Positions 28,039 through 36,527 of a stretch of 47,212 nt of DNA are shown one piece after another. The notes under the pieces are model-generated. The model was given only the letters and a program-made list of their open reading frames with translations, made no database searches and was not told the DNA's origin. The stretch is from the NCBI GenBank assembly GCA_964480285.1, contig CAYZPT010000001.1, forward strand, positions 1 to 47,212, given 5' to 3'. The translations under genes were made by a program, and so were the position numbers. Within the stretch, counting starts at the first letter, position 1. Every line of letters starts with the position of its first letter. The DNA is from an uncultured Bacteroides sp. GTDB lineage: Bacteria; Bacillota; Clostridia; Oscillospirales; Acutalibacteraceae.

Positions 28039-28509
28039 ATGGCAATACTTAAAGACCTTTACAACGGAAACGTTAACCCGTGTGAGCTGGAACACCTTAA
28101 CACCAGTGAGGACTATAAAACGGCAATGTCGCGTGTTTGTGAAGCCTGTGAGGAGCTTGAGAAAACACTCACGGATGTTCAGAAATGGCTCTTTGAAAAG
28201 TATAATAAAGAGCGCGATTTGATGTCGCTGATAGTTGAAGAAGAAATCTTCAAAGAAGGGTTCTCCCTCGCTATGAGGATAAAAGAGGAGGTTAATGATA
28301 TGACTGAAATTTCAATACACAGAGATTTTGATAACCTGCCGTCAATGCTGACTGTTGCGGAAGCAGCGGATGTGCTTCGCGTATCACTCAATCAGATGTA
28401 CTATCTCATAGACAAAGACAACACTATTCCCGTGCTCAACCTCGGCAGGAAGAAGCTCATCCCAAGAGATGAACTGAAGGAGTGGATAAAGAAGAACTGC
28501 TATAGGTAA
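28039..28509 (+). CDS. DUF6809-like protein in frame with an HTH_17 excisionase (internal start at 28300)
   Basis: MAILKDLYNGNVNP...FKEGFSLAMRI then GAGGAGG RBS and ATG 28300; LTVAEAADVLRVS...LGRKKLIPRDEL. Confidence 0.75.
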   Translation: MAILKDLYNGNVNPCELEHLNTSEDYKTAMSRVCEACEELEKTLTDVQKWLFEKYNKERDLMSLIVEEEIFKEGFSLAMRIKEEVNDMTEISIHRDFDNLPSMLTVAEAADVLRVSLNQMYYLIDKDNTIPVLNLGRKKLIPRDELKEWIKKNCYR

Positions 28510-28555
28510 AGTAAAAACTCCCCTGCATTCATGCAGGGGAGCAACATATTAAGTT

Positions 28556-28777
28556 TTAACCTCTTGGTGGAAACGGGTCGTTGCCGTAAGAATTCTTCTC
28601 ACGGATTTTGCCGTTTCTGCCGTGAATAATTAACTCAGACTTATCGCGCATAGCAAGTTCACGTCCAAGCTGAATTGCTTGTGCTTGTGTATCTGTGATG
28701 TAACTTGCTCTTGAGTTACCTTCACCTTTAACTTGCCATGAACCATCAGGTCTTTGAGTTATGTGTTTATTTTTCAT
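28556..28777 (-). CDS. DUF2188 family protein
   Basis: HITQRPDGSWQVKGEG...TQAQAI...ELIIHGRNGKIREKNSYGNDPFPPRG. Confidence 0.9.
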   Translation of the reverse strand: MKNKHITQRPDGSWQVKGEGNSRASYITDTQAQAIQLGRELAMRDKSELIIHGRNGKIREKNSYGNDPFPPRG

Positions 28778-28796
28778 ATAGTTTTCCTCCAATTCA

Positions 28797-28907
28797 TTAT
28801 TTTAATATTGTTACTCTTCCGCAATGTGGGCATTTGCACGGATTTGTGAAAGGAATAACTTTTCTGCCACAACGGCAAAAATAGTAAGTATATCTTATTC
28901 GCTTCAC
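28797..28907 (-). CDS. 36-aa zinc-ribbon microprotein
   Basis: AAGGAGGTG RBS and GTG start; MKRIRYTYYFCRCGRKVIPFTNPCKCPHCGRVTILK; below the ORF-track cutoff. Confidence 0.65.
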   Translation of the reverse strand: MKRIRYTYYFCRCGRKVIPFTNPCKCPHCGRVTILK

Positions 28908-29113
28908 GAATGATACACCTCCTTGATATGATATTTAATATCACAAAAAATGCGTGCTAATTATCCTTCCTGAGCACAAATCTCATATTGCAATAACGAA
29001 AAGGATGTGTTATAATGTCTATGCGAAAGTGACATTTGCATTCTTTGTTATCGCTTTTGTTACTCTGCACACACCGAGCTGGCACTCGGTGTTTTTCATT
29101 TTTTGTGTTATTA

Positions 29114-30397
29114 TTAAGAAAAGAATTTTTCAGGATTACACCCAAAAGCTTTCATAAGCTTATTTTTCTCGCTAAGATTAGTTTCCGCTCTAGGCGTTGA
29201 TAATTCACTCAACCTATGCAATGAACTCTTTCCGAATTCATCTTTTGCAGTAACCCAAACTTGATCTCTTCTAAATTTATTATCAAGAAGAAGAGGTTGA
29301 TGCGATGTACAAATCAGCTGAGCGTGGTTTGGGTTGGTTTTTTCATCTATAAACAGCGCAATTAGTTCTTGCGCTAACGAAAGATGTAAACCATTTTCTA
29401 ATTCATCAATAAACATTATACCGCCGTTTTCAAGAACGTCGAATAAGTGAGGTAGAACAGTAAACAGTTTTATTGTTCCCAATGACTCGATTTCAAACAG
29501 ACTTTTTGTTGTTGAAGATTCTTGCTTACCATCACAAAAGACGGCGTGATTGGTATCTATTCCTATCGTTGTCATCTTTGAGATTATTTCACGGTTTTCA
29601 AAGTCGCTGCTGATTTTTTGACGTCCTATTTCCCGTTCCTCAAATGAAACACATATGTTTTCAATAGTTGGATCAGCCTTTTTGATTATTGCCGTATATT
29701 TAGCAACTCGCTCATCCGAAAAAGAATCGTCGAATTTTGGCGGATTGATTTTGGCAGCGGTCATATTAATAACAGTAATGCTGTCAATTGCCGATTTAAT
29801 TATTATAGCCAACTTATTGTTCAGCATTGCAGCAACAGGAAGGCATAAAGCATCTCTTCTAACAACCTGTTTAGTGGGTTCGAAACCCTTCAACTCTGAC
29901 CTAAGTACGATGTCTTTGTAATCCGGAGATGTGCGCTGGATTAATGCTTCTTTCCTACGATATTTCTTTGTGAGAGTTTCGCTGGTAATCTCATTATTAT
30001 AAATTGTAAACGAATATGAATAGTTCGTTTTTTCTATCATTATTTCTAAAGAAAACTCTGTCGGTGCATTCTTGTATTTTGTGTCGAACGCAAAGCAGTT
30101 GTTAAAGCCTTTATTATTAGCCACTCCAGGCACAGAGTTTAAAGCATCGTTGTTAAAGCCGGCAGGAGAAAGATTGATAATTCTTTGAAGTTCAAGCATT
30201 ATTTTGCAAAACATCGATTTTCCGCTTCCGTTTGCACCATATATGAATGAGACCCTGTTAAAAACATTGTCTGATAGCTCGAATGTATTGTGCAAGTATT
30301 CTTTTTTGCTTTTGTCGATCTCAGTGGTAAAAGAAATAGGTTCAGCAAAGGAACTAAAATTTTTAACCGAGAGGGATTTTAATGCAATGTTATTCAT
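29114..30397 (-). CDS. AAA_21 (RloA/AbiL-type) ABC ATPase
   Basis: VKNFSSF, Walker A GANGSGKS, ESLGT signature, Walker B IDELENGLH, QLICTSHQ, RRDQVW. Confidence 0.88.
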   Translation of the reverse strand: MNNIALKSLSVKNFSSFAEPISFTTEIDKSKKEYLHNTFELSDNVFNRVSFIYGANGSGKSMFCKIMLELQRIINLSPAGFNNDALNSVPGVANNKGFNNCFAFDTKYKNAPTEFSLEIMIEKTNYSYSFTIYNNEITSETLTKKYRRKEALIQRTSPDYKDIVLRSELKGFEPTKQVVRRDALCLPVAAMLNNKLAIIIKSAIDSITVINMTAAKINPPKFDDSFSDERVAKYTAIIKKADPTIENICVSFEEREIGRQKISSDFENREIISKMTTIGIDTNHAVFCDGKQESSTTKSLFEIESLGTIKLFTVLPHLFDVLENGGIMFIDELENGLHLSLAQELIALFIDEKTNPNHAQLICTSHQPLLLDNKFRRDQVWVTAKDEFGKSSLHRLSELSTPRAETNLSEKNKLMKAFGCNPEKFFS

Positions 30398-30543
30398 ACA
30401 TATTCTCCTCCTTTGTGTATATTATAGCATTATAATCATAATTGTCAATATGTTATTTGCAAAATTTCAAGAAAATAATCGAAATATCGAGAATAACTCA
30501 ACAATTTGTCTTAGGTCGCGATGATTTGCAATTAACGCAGCCA

Positions 30544-30646
30544 GAGTCACTCAAGAGTCACTCAAAAAAATCGCTCTGAGCCGCCGTGATCCGCTCATGG
30601 AAAAGTGTCAGTTTATGGTCTGTCGGCGTCTCTGGGAGTCACTGAA
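30544..30646. promoter_or_regulatory. Putative integrase arm-type repeats, right end
   Basis: GAGTCACTCAA twice in tandem plus GAGTCACTGAA. Confidence 0.6.
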
Positions 30647-30652
30647 AAGAGA

Positions 30653-30682
30653 AAAATCCGTCTGCTTCGGCAGGCGGATTTT
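30653..30682 (-). terminator. Terminator downstream of tRNA-Gln (island-supplied)
   Basis: AAAATCCGTCTGC-TTCG-GCAGGCGGATTTT. Confidence 0.75.
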
Positions 30683-30752
30683 GGCTTTATTGCAGTGTTT
30701 TCAGGCGTTTTGGGCAAAAGTTAAGGACTATCCTTGCGGATAGTCCTGCTTT

Positions 30753-30826
30753 TGGCAGAGGTATAAGGATTCGAACCTTAAATGACGGAGTCAGAGTCCG
30801 GAGTGTTACCGTTACACTATACCTCT
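30753..30826 (-). tRNA. tRNA-Gln (anticodon CTG)
   Basis: AGAGGTA/TACCTCT acceptor stem, CT-CTG-AC anticodon loop, GGTTCGAATCC T-arm, encoded CCA. Confidence 0.96.
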
Positions 30827-31010
30827 GTGTTTTTGCAAGTGATAATATAACATATCTTTTGTCATTTATCAAGTATAATTTTGCTTTTTGTTAAAAAATT
30901 TTATGTTTTGCGGTTGTACGCAAGTGCAGGGCGGCAAAAATCGGTTGAAATAATTGTATATTTATATTATAATGTACATAGAATTTTCACCTATGAAACG
31001 GGTTGATTTT

Positions 31011-34000
31011 ATGAAAAAGAGAATTACAAAGCTGCTTTGTGCGCTGCTTGCGTGCGTTATGTTTGTAACGCCGTCAGCGGTGTTCTTTGCCGTGGACATC
31101 GAGCCTGTGCTGCGTTACGATTTTGAGAGTAACGAGGGTGCGCCTTCGCTGTTCGGCAACGCTGCGCTTGTTTATGATGAGGACAAGGGCGGTAATGTGC
31201 TGAATCTTGACGGTACGGACGGTACTTACGCCGCGCTGCCGCAGGGCTTTTTTGACAGCAGGAACACGATGACAATCACGTTTGACGTGCTAGCGCGCAA
31301 TAACGGCGGCAACTATTTCACCTTCTGCTTTGGTGCGGATAACGAGGCGTACAACTTTTTCCGTATGCGCGACAGCGAGATACGAAACGCTATCACCCGC
31401 TGGTCGTGGCAGAACGAACACGAGGTTAAAACCACGCTGTACAACAGCAATATCTGGAACAACATTGCGCTTGTTTACAGCGGCACAAATATGAAGCTGT
31501 ACGTCAACGGTGTGCTTGCAAATGAAAACAGCGATACGACTATCAACATCAGTGACCTCGGCAGCAACCTGCTGTCGTACCTCGGCAAGTCGCTCTATGA
31601 CGGCGACGGCTACTTTAACGGATGCTTTGATAATTTTGAGGTGTATAACACTGCGCTCGGCGCGGCTGATATTGCGGAGATTGCCAACACAAACCTCCCC
31701 GCTGTTCCCGTGCTGCGCTACACCTTTGAGGATAACACCGTTATGCCGACCTTCAGCGGCAACGCCACAACTTCTTACGACAGCGACAGGGCAAGCAAGG
31801 TGCTGTCACTCGACGGCACTACTGATACCTATGCCGAAATACCGCAGGGCTTTTTTGACGGCAAAAATACGATGACAATTATGTTTGACGTGAAGCCGCA
31901 GATGAACAGCGGCAACTACTTTACCTTTGCATTTGGTATGGACAGCACGAAATATGACTTTTTCCGCGTGCGTGGCAGTGAAGTTCGCAACGCGATTACC
32001 GTTAACAGCTACTACAGCGAGCAGGAGGTCAGAACAGTTATTGACTACAGCGACGCATGGATTAGCGTGGCAATTGTGTTTGACGGCACGACGATGAAGC
32101 TTTATGCAAACGGCAAGCTTGCCGCAACGAACAGCAACACCGGCATCCGAGTTAGCGATCTCGGCAGCAATCTGCTTGCGTACCTGGGCAAATCGTTTTA
32201 TGACGGCGACGGCTATTTTAAGGGCTGTTTTGATAATTTTGAAGTTTATGACAAGGTGGTTGATACTACTGTGATTAAGGAACGCGCAACTGCTCACCTG
32301 CCGTTGCTTATCAGCGCTACGGTGGGCGAGATTGTGAATAATCTTGACGATGTTTCGGGCACTGACAGCCACACCGCGGTGCAGACTAAAATTGACCGCG
32401 GCAGCAACACAATCAGCGCAATTGTGCAGCGCAGACAGAACACGAAGGCGGTGCCCATTACGTTCAACTCGCTGGGCGAGGACTGCCGATTTTACGTCGA
32501 CAGCCGCGAGATCGGCGCGAGCACCACGCTTGATTTGACATACGACCGCACGGTTAAGATTACCTGCGTCGACAAGACCGAACAGTACACGCTCAAGGCG
32601 GTAACCACCGCGAACAACCCCGTGTTGCCCGGTATGTACGCCGACCCTGACATTGACGTGCTCGACGGCAAGTTCTGGATTTACCCGACAACTGACGGCA
32701 CTCCCGGCTGGGGCGGCACGCAGTTCCACGCCTTTTCGTCAAAGGATATGGTGCACTGGGTTGACGAGGGCGTTATACTCGACAACAAGGACAAGTCGCC
32801 CGGCGTTAACGCCAAGGGCGTGCAAATCGCCTCCTGCGCGTGGTCGGACGGCAACGCCTGGGCGCCGACTATCGAGGCGAAAAACGGCAAGTATTACTTC
32901 TATTTCTGCGGCAGAGTCCGCGACGACCTCACAAGTCTTTACGGCGAGGGTATGGCAATCGGCGTTGCGTGGGCGAATTCCCCCGCAGGTCCGTACACGG
33001 CAAGCGACGAGCCGATTCTGTGTCCGAAAATGATGGCTGACGCCGACTTCGGCTACTACGGTCAGGTTATCGACCCCGCGATTTACACCGAGGGCAACAG
33101 CTCTTACATACTGTTCGGCAACGGCGGCGCCGCAATGGCTGACCTCAACAGCGATATGGTGAGCATTAACACCTCGTCGCTGCGTATGATTAATGGGCTT
33201 GACGAATTCCGTGAGAGCGTGGCGGTGTTCAAGCGCGGAAATATGTACTACTTCCACTGGTCGTGCGACGACACGGGCAGCGAAAACTACCACATCAACT
33301 ACGGCACGGCGGAGTCGCTAAAGGGCGAAATCACAAACCGCGGCACGCTTGTGCAGAAAGACCCCGAAAACGGTATACTCGCAACGGGTCACCAGTCGAT
33401 AATCTACCTGTCCGACAGCGACAAGTGCTACATTGCGTACCACAGATTTTACACGCCGCTGTCCGTTGGCGGCAACGTAGGTCACAGGCGTGAAACGTGT
33501 ATTGACGAGGTTAAAATCTCGCGCAAAAATATATTCAGTCCTTATCTTCTGAGCTGCACGCCGACTATGGCAGGAGTAGGCCCGATTGACACAAGCGGCA
33601 GGAGTATCGCCGAGCAGGTAACCCCCGCTACCTGCGACACAGACGGATACATCACCGCGCCCGATTTTACGCTGACCGCGGACGAGGCACCCGAGGTCAA
33701 AGCACCGGGACATCAGTTCTTCAAATCTACCATTGCGCCGACCTGCACCGAAAACGGCTACGACAGCTACGCATGCACACTCTGCGGCGATACATATAAG
33801 GACAATATAACCAAAAAAACAGGTCACGATCTTGAGTTTACGGCGGTGCGCGCATCGGCTGAATTTGAATTAAAGTGCGACAAATGCGGACTTGACAAAA
33901 CGGTTGAATTTTCCGACGTGCTGAATGCCGAAACGGGCGACGACAACTACGATGAAAGTATTGACCTCAACGGCGACGGCATAATCAACGGCCGCGATTT

Positions 34001-34031
34001 AGCGGCGCTTAAAGAGGAAACGAACAAGTAG
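31011..34031 (+). CDS. Secreted GH43 glycoside hydrolase with two LamG-like domains, Cys-rich repeats and C-terminal dockerin-like motif
   Basis: Signal peptide; duplicated LamG (YLGKS.YDGDGYF.GCFDNFEVY); ADPDI, WAPT, IDPA and GHQS GH43 motifs; APTCTENG; DLNGDGIINGRD. Confidence 0.9.
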   Translation: MKKRITKLLCALLACVMFVTPSAVFFAVDIEPVLRYDFESNEGAPSLFGNAALVYDEDKGGNVLNLDGTDGTYAALPQGFFDSRNTMTITFDVLARNNGGNYFTFCFGADNEAYNFFRMRDSEIRNAITRWSWQNEHEVKTTLYNSNIWNNIALVYSGTNMKLYVNGVLANENSDTTINISDLGSNLLSYLGKSLYDGDGYFNGCFDNFEVYNTALGAADIAEIANTNLPAVPVLRYTFEDNTVMPTFSGNATTSYDSDRASKVLSLDGTTDTYAEIPQGFFDGKNTMTIMFDVKPQMNSGNYFTFAFGMDSTKYDFFRVRGSEVRNAITVNSYYSEQEVRTVIDYSDAWISVAIVFDGTTMKLYANGKLAATNSNTGIRVSDLGSNLLAYLGKSFYDGDGYFKGCFDNFEVYDKVVDTTVIKERATAHLPLLISATVGEIVNNLDDVSGTDSHTAVQTKIDRGSNTISAIVQRRQNTKAVPITFNSLGEDCRFYVDSREIGASTTLDLTYDRTVKITCVDKTEQYTLKAVTTANNPVLPGMYADPDIDVLDGKFWIYPTTDGTPGWGGTQFHAFSSKDMVHWVDEGVILDNKDKSPGVNAKGVQIASCAWSDGNAWAPTIEAKNGKYYFYFCGRVRDDLTSLYGEGMAIGVAWANSPAGPYTASDEPILCPKMMADADFGYYGQVIDPAIYTEGNSSYILFGNGGAAMADLNSDMVSINTSSLRMINGLDEFRESVAVFKRGNMYYFHWSCDDTGSENYHINYGTAESLKGEITNRGTLVQKDPENGILATGHQSIIYLSDSDKCYIAYHRFYTPLSVGGNVGHRRETCIDEVKISRKNIFSPYLLSCTPTMAGVGPIDTSGRSIAEQVTPATCDTDGYITAPDFTLTADEAPEVKAPGHQFFKSTIAPTCTENGYDSYACTLCGDTYKDNITKKTGHDLEFTAVRASAEFELKCDKCGLDKTVEFSDVLNAETGDDNYDESIDLNGDGIINGRDLAALKEETNK

Positions 34032-34071
34032 GGGCGGGTTTTTCTAGCTCGCCCGCGGGAAACATTGTAAC

Positions 34072-34120
34072 AATCCCTCCACCGCTTACGCGGTCCCCCT
34101 CCCTTTACACAAGGGAGGCA
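34072..34120. repeat. REP-like palindromic dispersed repeat
   Basis: CCTCCCTTTACACAAGGGAGGCA; the exact reverse complement occurs at 47181-47203. Confidence 0.75.
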
Positions 34121-34164
34121 AACCAATTATTGACGTAACGGTTGTGATGTGCTATTATGCTTGT

Positions 34165-34896
34165 ATGAAACAGGCACAGGAAAACACGTTTTTAAAAGGA
34201 ATAATTGACGGAATACCAATTTGCCTCGGCTATCTTTCGGTAGCCTTTGCATTTGGTATTTTTTCTGTGTCAAACGGGCTGACTGCGGCGGAAGCACTTC
34301 TGATTTCAATGACAAACGTCACGTCTGCAGGGCAGCTTGCGGCAGTGCCGATTATGGTTTCCGGCGGTACGTTGCTCGAGCTTGCGCTGTCGCAATTCGT
34401 GATAAATATGCGGTACTCGCTGATGAGCGTGTCGCTGTCGCAAAAGTTTGACAGCTCGGTTAAACTGCGTGACAGATTCCTGATTGCGTTCATCAATACT
34501 GACGAGGTGTTTGCCGTTGCTTCATCAAAAAAAGAAGTTAGCCGCACATATATGTTCGGGCTGATCCTCACGCCTTACCTCGGCTGGAGCGCAGGCACAA
34601 TTATCGGCGCGGTGGCGGGCAGCATACTGCCGGCTGTTGTGATTTCCGCTCTCGGCATTGCGATTTACGGAATGTTCATAGCAATCGTGGTACCTGTTGC
34701 GAAAGAGGACAGGCACGTGTTAATCTGCGTACTGATAGCGATTGCTCTGAGCTGCACGTTTAAGTTTTTACCGCCGCTTGCAGACGTACATTCAGGCTTT
34801 GTTATCATAATCTGCTCGGTGATTGCTGCAGGCTTCGCGGCGCTGCTGTTCCCAATTGACAATGAGGCAAAGGAGGGTGAAACTGATGAACTTTAA
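34165..34896 (+). CDS. azlC: AzlC family branched-chain amino acid exporter permease
   Basis: PICLGYLSVAFAFG, SAGQLA, INMRYSLMS, TDEVFAV. Confidence 0.92.
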   Translation: MKQAQENTFLKGIIDGIPICLGYLSVAFAFGIFSVSNGLTAAEALLISMTNVTSAGQLAAVPIMVSGGTLLELALSQFVINMRYSLMSVSLSQKFDSSVKLRDRFLIAFINTDEVFAVASSKKEVSRTYMFGLILTPYLGWSAGTIIGAVAGSILPAVVISALGIAIYGMFIAIVVPVAKEDRHVLICVLIAIALSCTFKFLPPLADVHSGFVIIICSVIAAGFAALLFPIDNEAKEGETDEL

Positions 34897-35203
34897 CTCC
34901 TTCCTCCCCTATCTTGTGACAATGGCAATCGTAACCTACCTTGTTCGCGCCGTGCCACTTGTGCTGATAAAAAAGAAAATCGAAAACAAATTTATACTGT
35001 CGTTCCTGTACTATATGCCGTACGCGGTGCTTACCGTAATGACGGTGCCCGCCGTGTTCTTTGCAACCGGCAGCATAATCACTGCTGTTACGGGCGTGGC
35101 GGTTGCGCTCGTACTGGCGTACTTCAAAAAAGGACTGCTCACCGTTGCGCTCGGTGCGTCGGCGGCAGTATTCGTTGCGGAAATGATAATGCAGGCAATA
35201 TGA
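34886..35203 (+). CDS. azlD: AzlD family membrane protein
   Basis: MAIVTYLVRAVP...FLYYMPYAVL; overlaps the azlC end. Confidence 0.9.
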   Translation: MNFNSFLPYLVTMAIVTYLVRAVPLVLIKKKIENKFILSFLYYMPYAVLTVMTVPAVFFATGSIITAVTGVAVALVLAYFKKGLLTVALGASAAVFVAEMIMQAI

Positions 35204-35240
35204 AACCCTCCCGACATCAAAACGGGAGGGTTTTTGTCAT

Positions 35241-36416
35241 TTATTTGGTTGTCTTTGCTTTTGCCTTGCTCCATTTGGAGTAGAGCACCTTGCCGTTGAA
35301 GTTCCTGTAAGTGCGTACACGCACATAGTATTTTTTCTTTGCCTTGAGCGACTTGACCGTCCTTGCGGTATTCTTGCCGCCCTTAACTCTGATCGTCTTT
35401 TTTCCCTTGGTGAACTTTGAATTTGTCGCGAGTTGAATCTGGTATCCGCTCGTATTCTTTGCCTGTTTTTTCCACTTAATCCTGAGCGATTTTTTGCCTG
35501 CGGTAACAGACGAAATTCTTGTGCCTGCAGGCTTTTTTACCGTACTCTTAACACTTACGGTTGACGCATAGGAAGCCGCATACGGCAAAAACGTGCTTGG
35601 ATAATAATCCGCATTGGACTGACCGTTCCAGTACACTGTGGTGAATGACGGACTGAACGATGAGCCCTTTGCAAGCCATGACTTAAAGTTATAACTGTCC
35701 GACATATTCTGCCTGTATGCACCGAGTGCAAAAGGTCTGTTGCTCGTGTTGGGAGCATAAAACGTACCCTTTGAAATTTTGATTTTGCCACCGCCGAAAT
35801 CGCACACCGCAAACAAAAATCCACCCTGGAATGTTCCGCCGTTAATATAAAGGGTTGCGCCCTTGCTGCAGTTTACACCGATAACATCGCCGTAAAACCT
35901 GCCGCCGTTGATAACGCAGGTGCCGCCGCCAACGCCGATACTGCCCGGGTTGTTTGTACCGTCGCTGAGTCCGTAATAGTTGCCGTTCTGAATAACAGCC
36001 TTGCCGGCGGTGACATCAATACATCCGGCGCCGTACGATCTGACGCTCAGTTTTTTGCTTGTGGACTTTGAGTCCTTGAACGTAACATTTGCGCCGGACA
36101 CAGTAAACACAGTCAGCGCATGGTTTGCATTTTGCACAGTGTGACCGTTGAAATCAATAACGAAGTTGCCCTTTGTCAGGCGGCATGTAGCGTATTCGCC
36201 GTCACCGAGAGTCATATCATTGCCGATAACATATGTGTTGCCCGGACCGTAGCCCTTATTTTTCCAGTTGATATTCTTTAATGCACCGGGGCTTTTGATT
36301 ACAACGGTTTTAGCCTCGGCTTCAACGTTTGCAAACGAACAAACAACAAACATTGCAAGCACACTTATCGCAATAGCAATAAACAGCTTGATATAATTGG
36401 TTTTGATTTTTGCCAT
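35241..36416 (-). CDS. Secreted protein with beta-helix-like region and C-terminal FN3-like domain
   Basis: Signal peptide; INGG.F repeats; KWKKQAK..SGYQIQLAT...LKAKKKYYVRVRTY. Confidence 0.8.
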   Translation of the reverse strand: MAKIKTNYIKLFIAIAISVLAMFVVCSFANVEAEAKTVVIKSPGALKNINWKNKGYGPGNTYVIGNDMTLGDGEYATCRLTKGNFVIDFNGHTVQNANHALTVFTVSGANVTFKDSKSTSKKLSVRSYGAGCIDVTAGKAVIQNGNYYGLSDGTNNPGSIGVGGGTCVINGGRFYGDVIGVNCSKGATLYINGGTFQGGFLFAVCDFGGGKIKISKGTFYAPNTSNRPFALGAYRQNMSDSYNFKSWLAKGSSFSPSFTTVYWNGQSNADYYPSTFLPYAASYASTVSVKSTVKKPAGTRISSVTAGKKSLRIKWKKQAKNTSGYQIQLATNSKFTKGKKTIRVKGGKNTARTVKSLKAKKKYYVRVRTYRNFNGKVLYSKWSKAKAKTTK

Positions 36417-36527
36417 AGAATCACTCCTTTTGTATATTATATCACATTTGAATTAAGTAGCAAGAGAAAAATCAAAAAACAAACGGCACCGTTTTGGTAC
36501 CGTGTGAATGATGTGCTTTATCAGCTT

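Larger units (their letters stand above)
11813..30796. mobile_element. ~19-kb tRNA-Gln-integrated genomic (defence) island
   Basis: Direct repeat of the tRNA 3' half at both ends; tyrosine recombinase and excisionase-like genes; arm-type repeats near both ends; mostly AT-rich cargo. Confidence 0.9.

Noticed and set aside
25941-28509. Prophage or ICE
   Set aside because: No structural, terminase, lysis, relaxase or T4SS genes in the island
29071-29098. tracrRNA-like 3' hairpin (CACCGAG...CTCGGTG)
   Set aside because: No cas genes, array or anti-repeat; explained as an intrinsic terminator
28957-29145. 62-aa ORF as RloB
   Set aside because: No EGxTE/TOPRIM motif or RBS; overlaps a promoter and terminator
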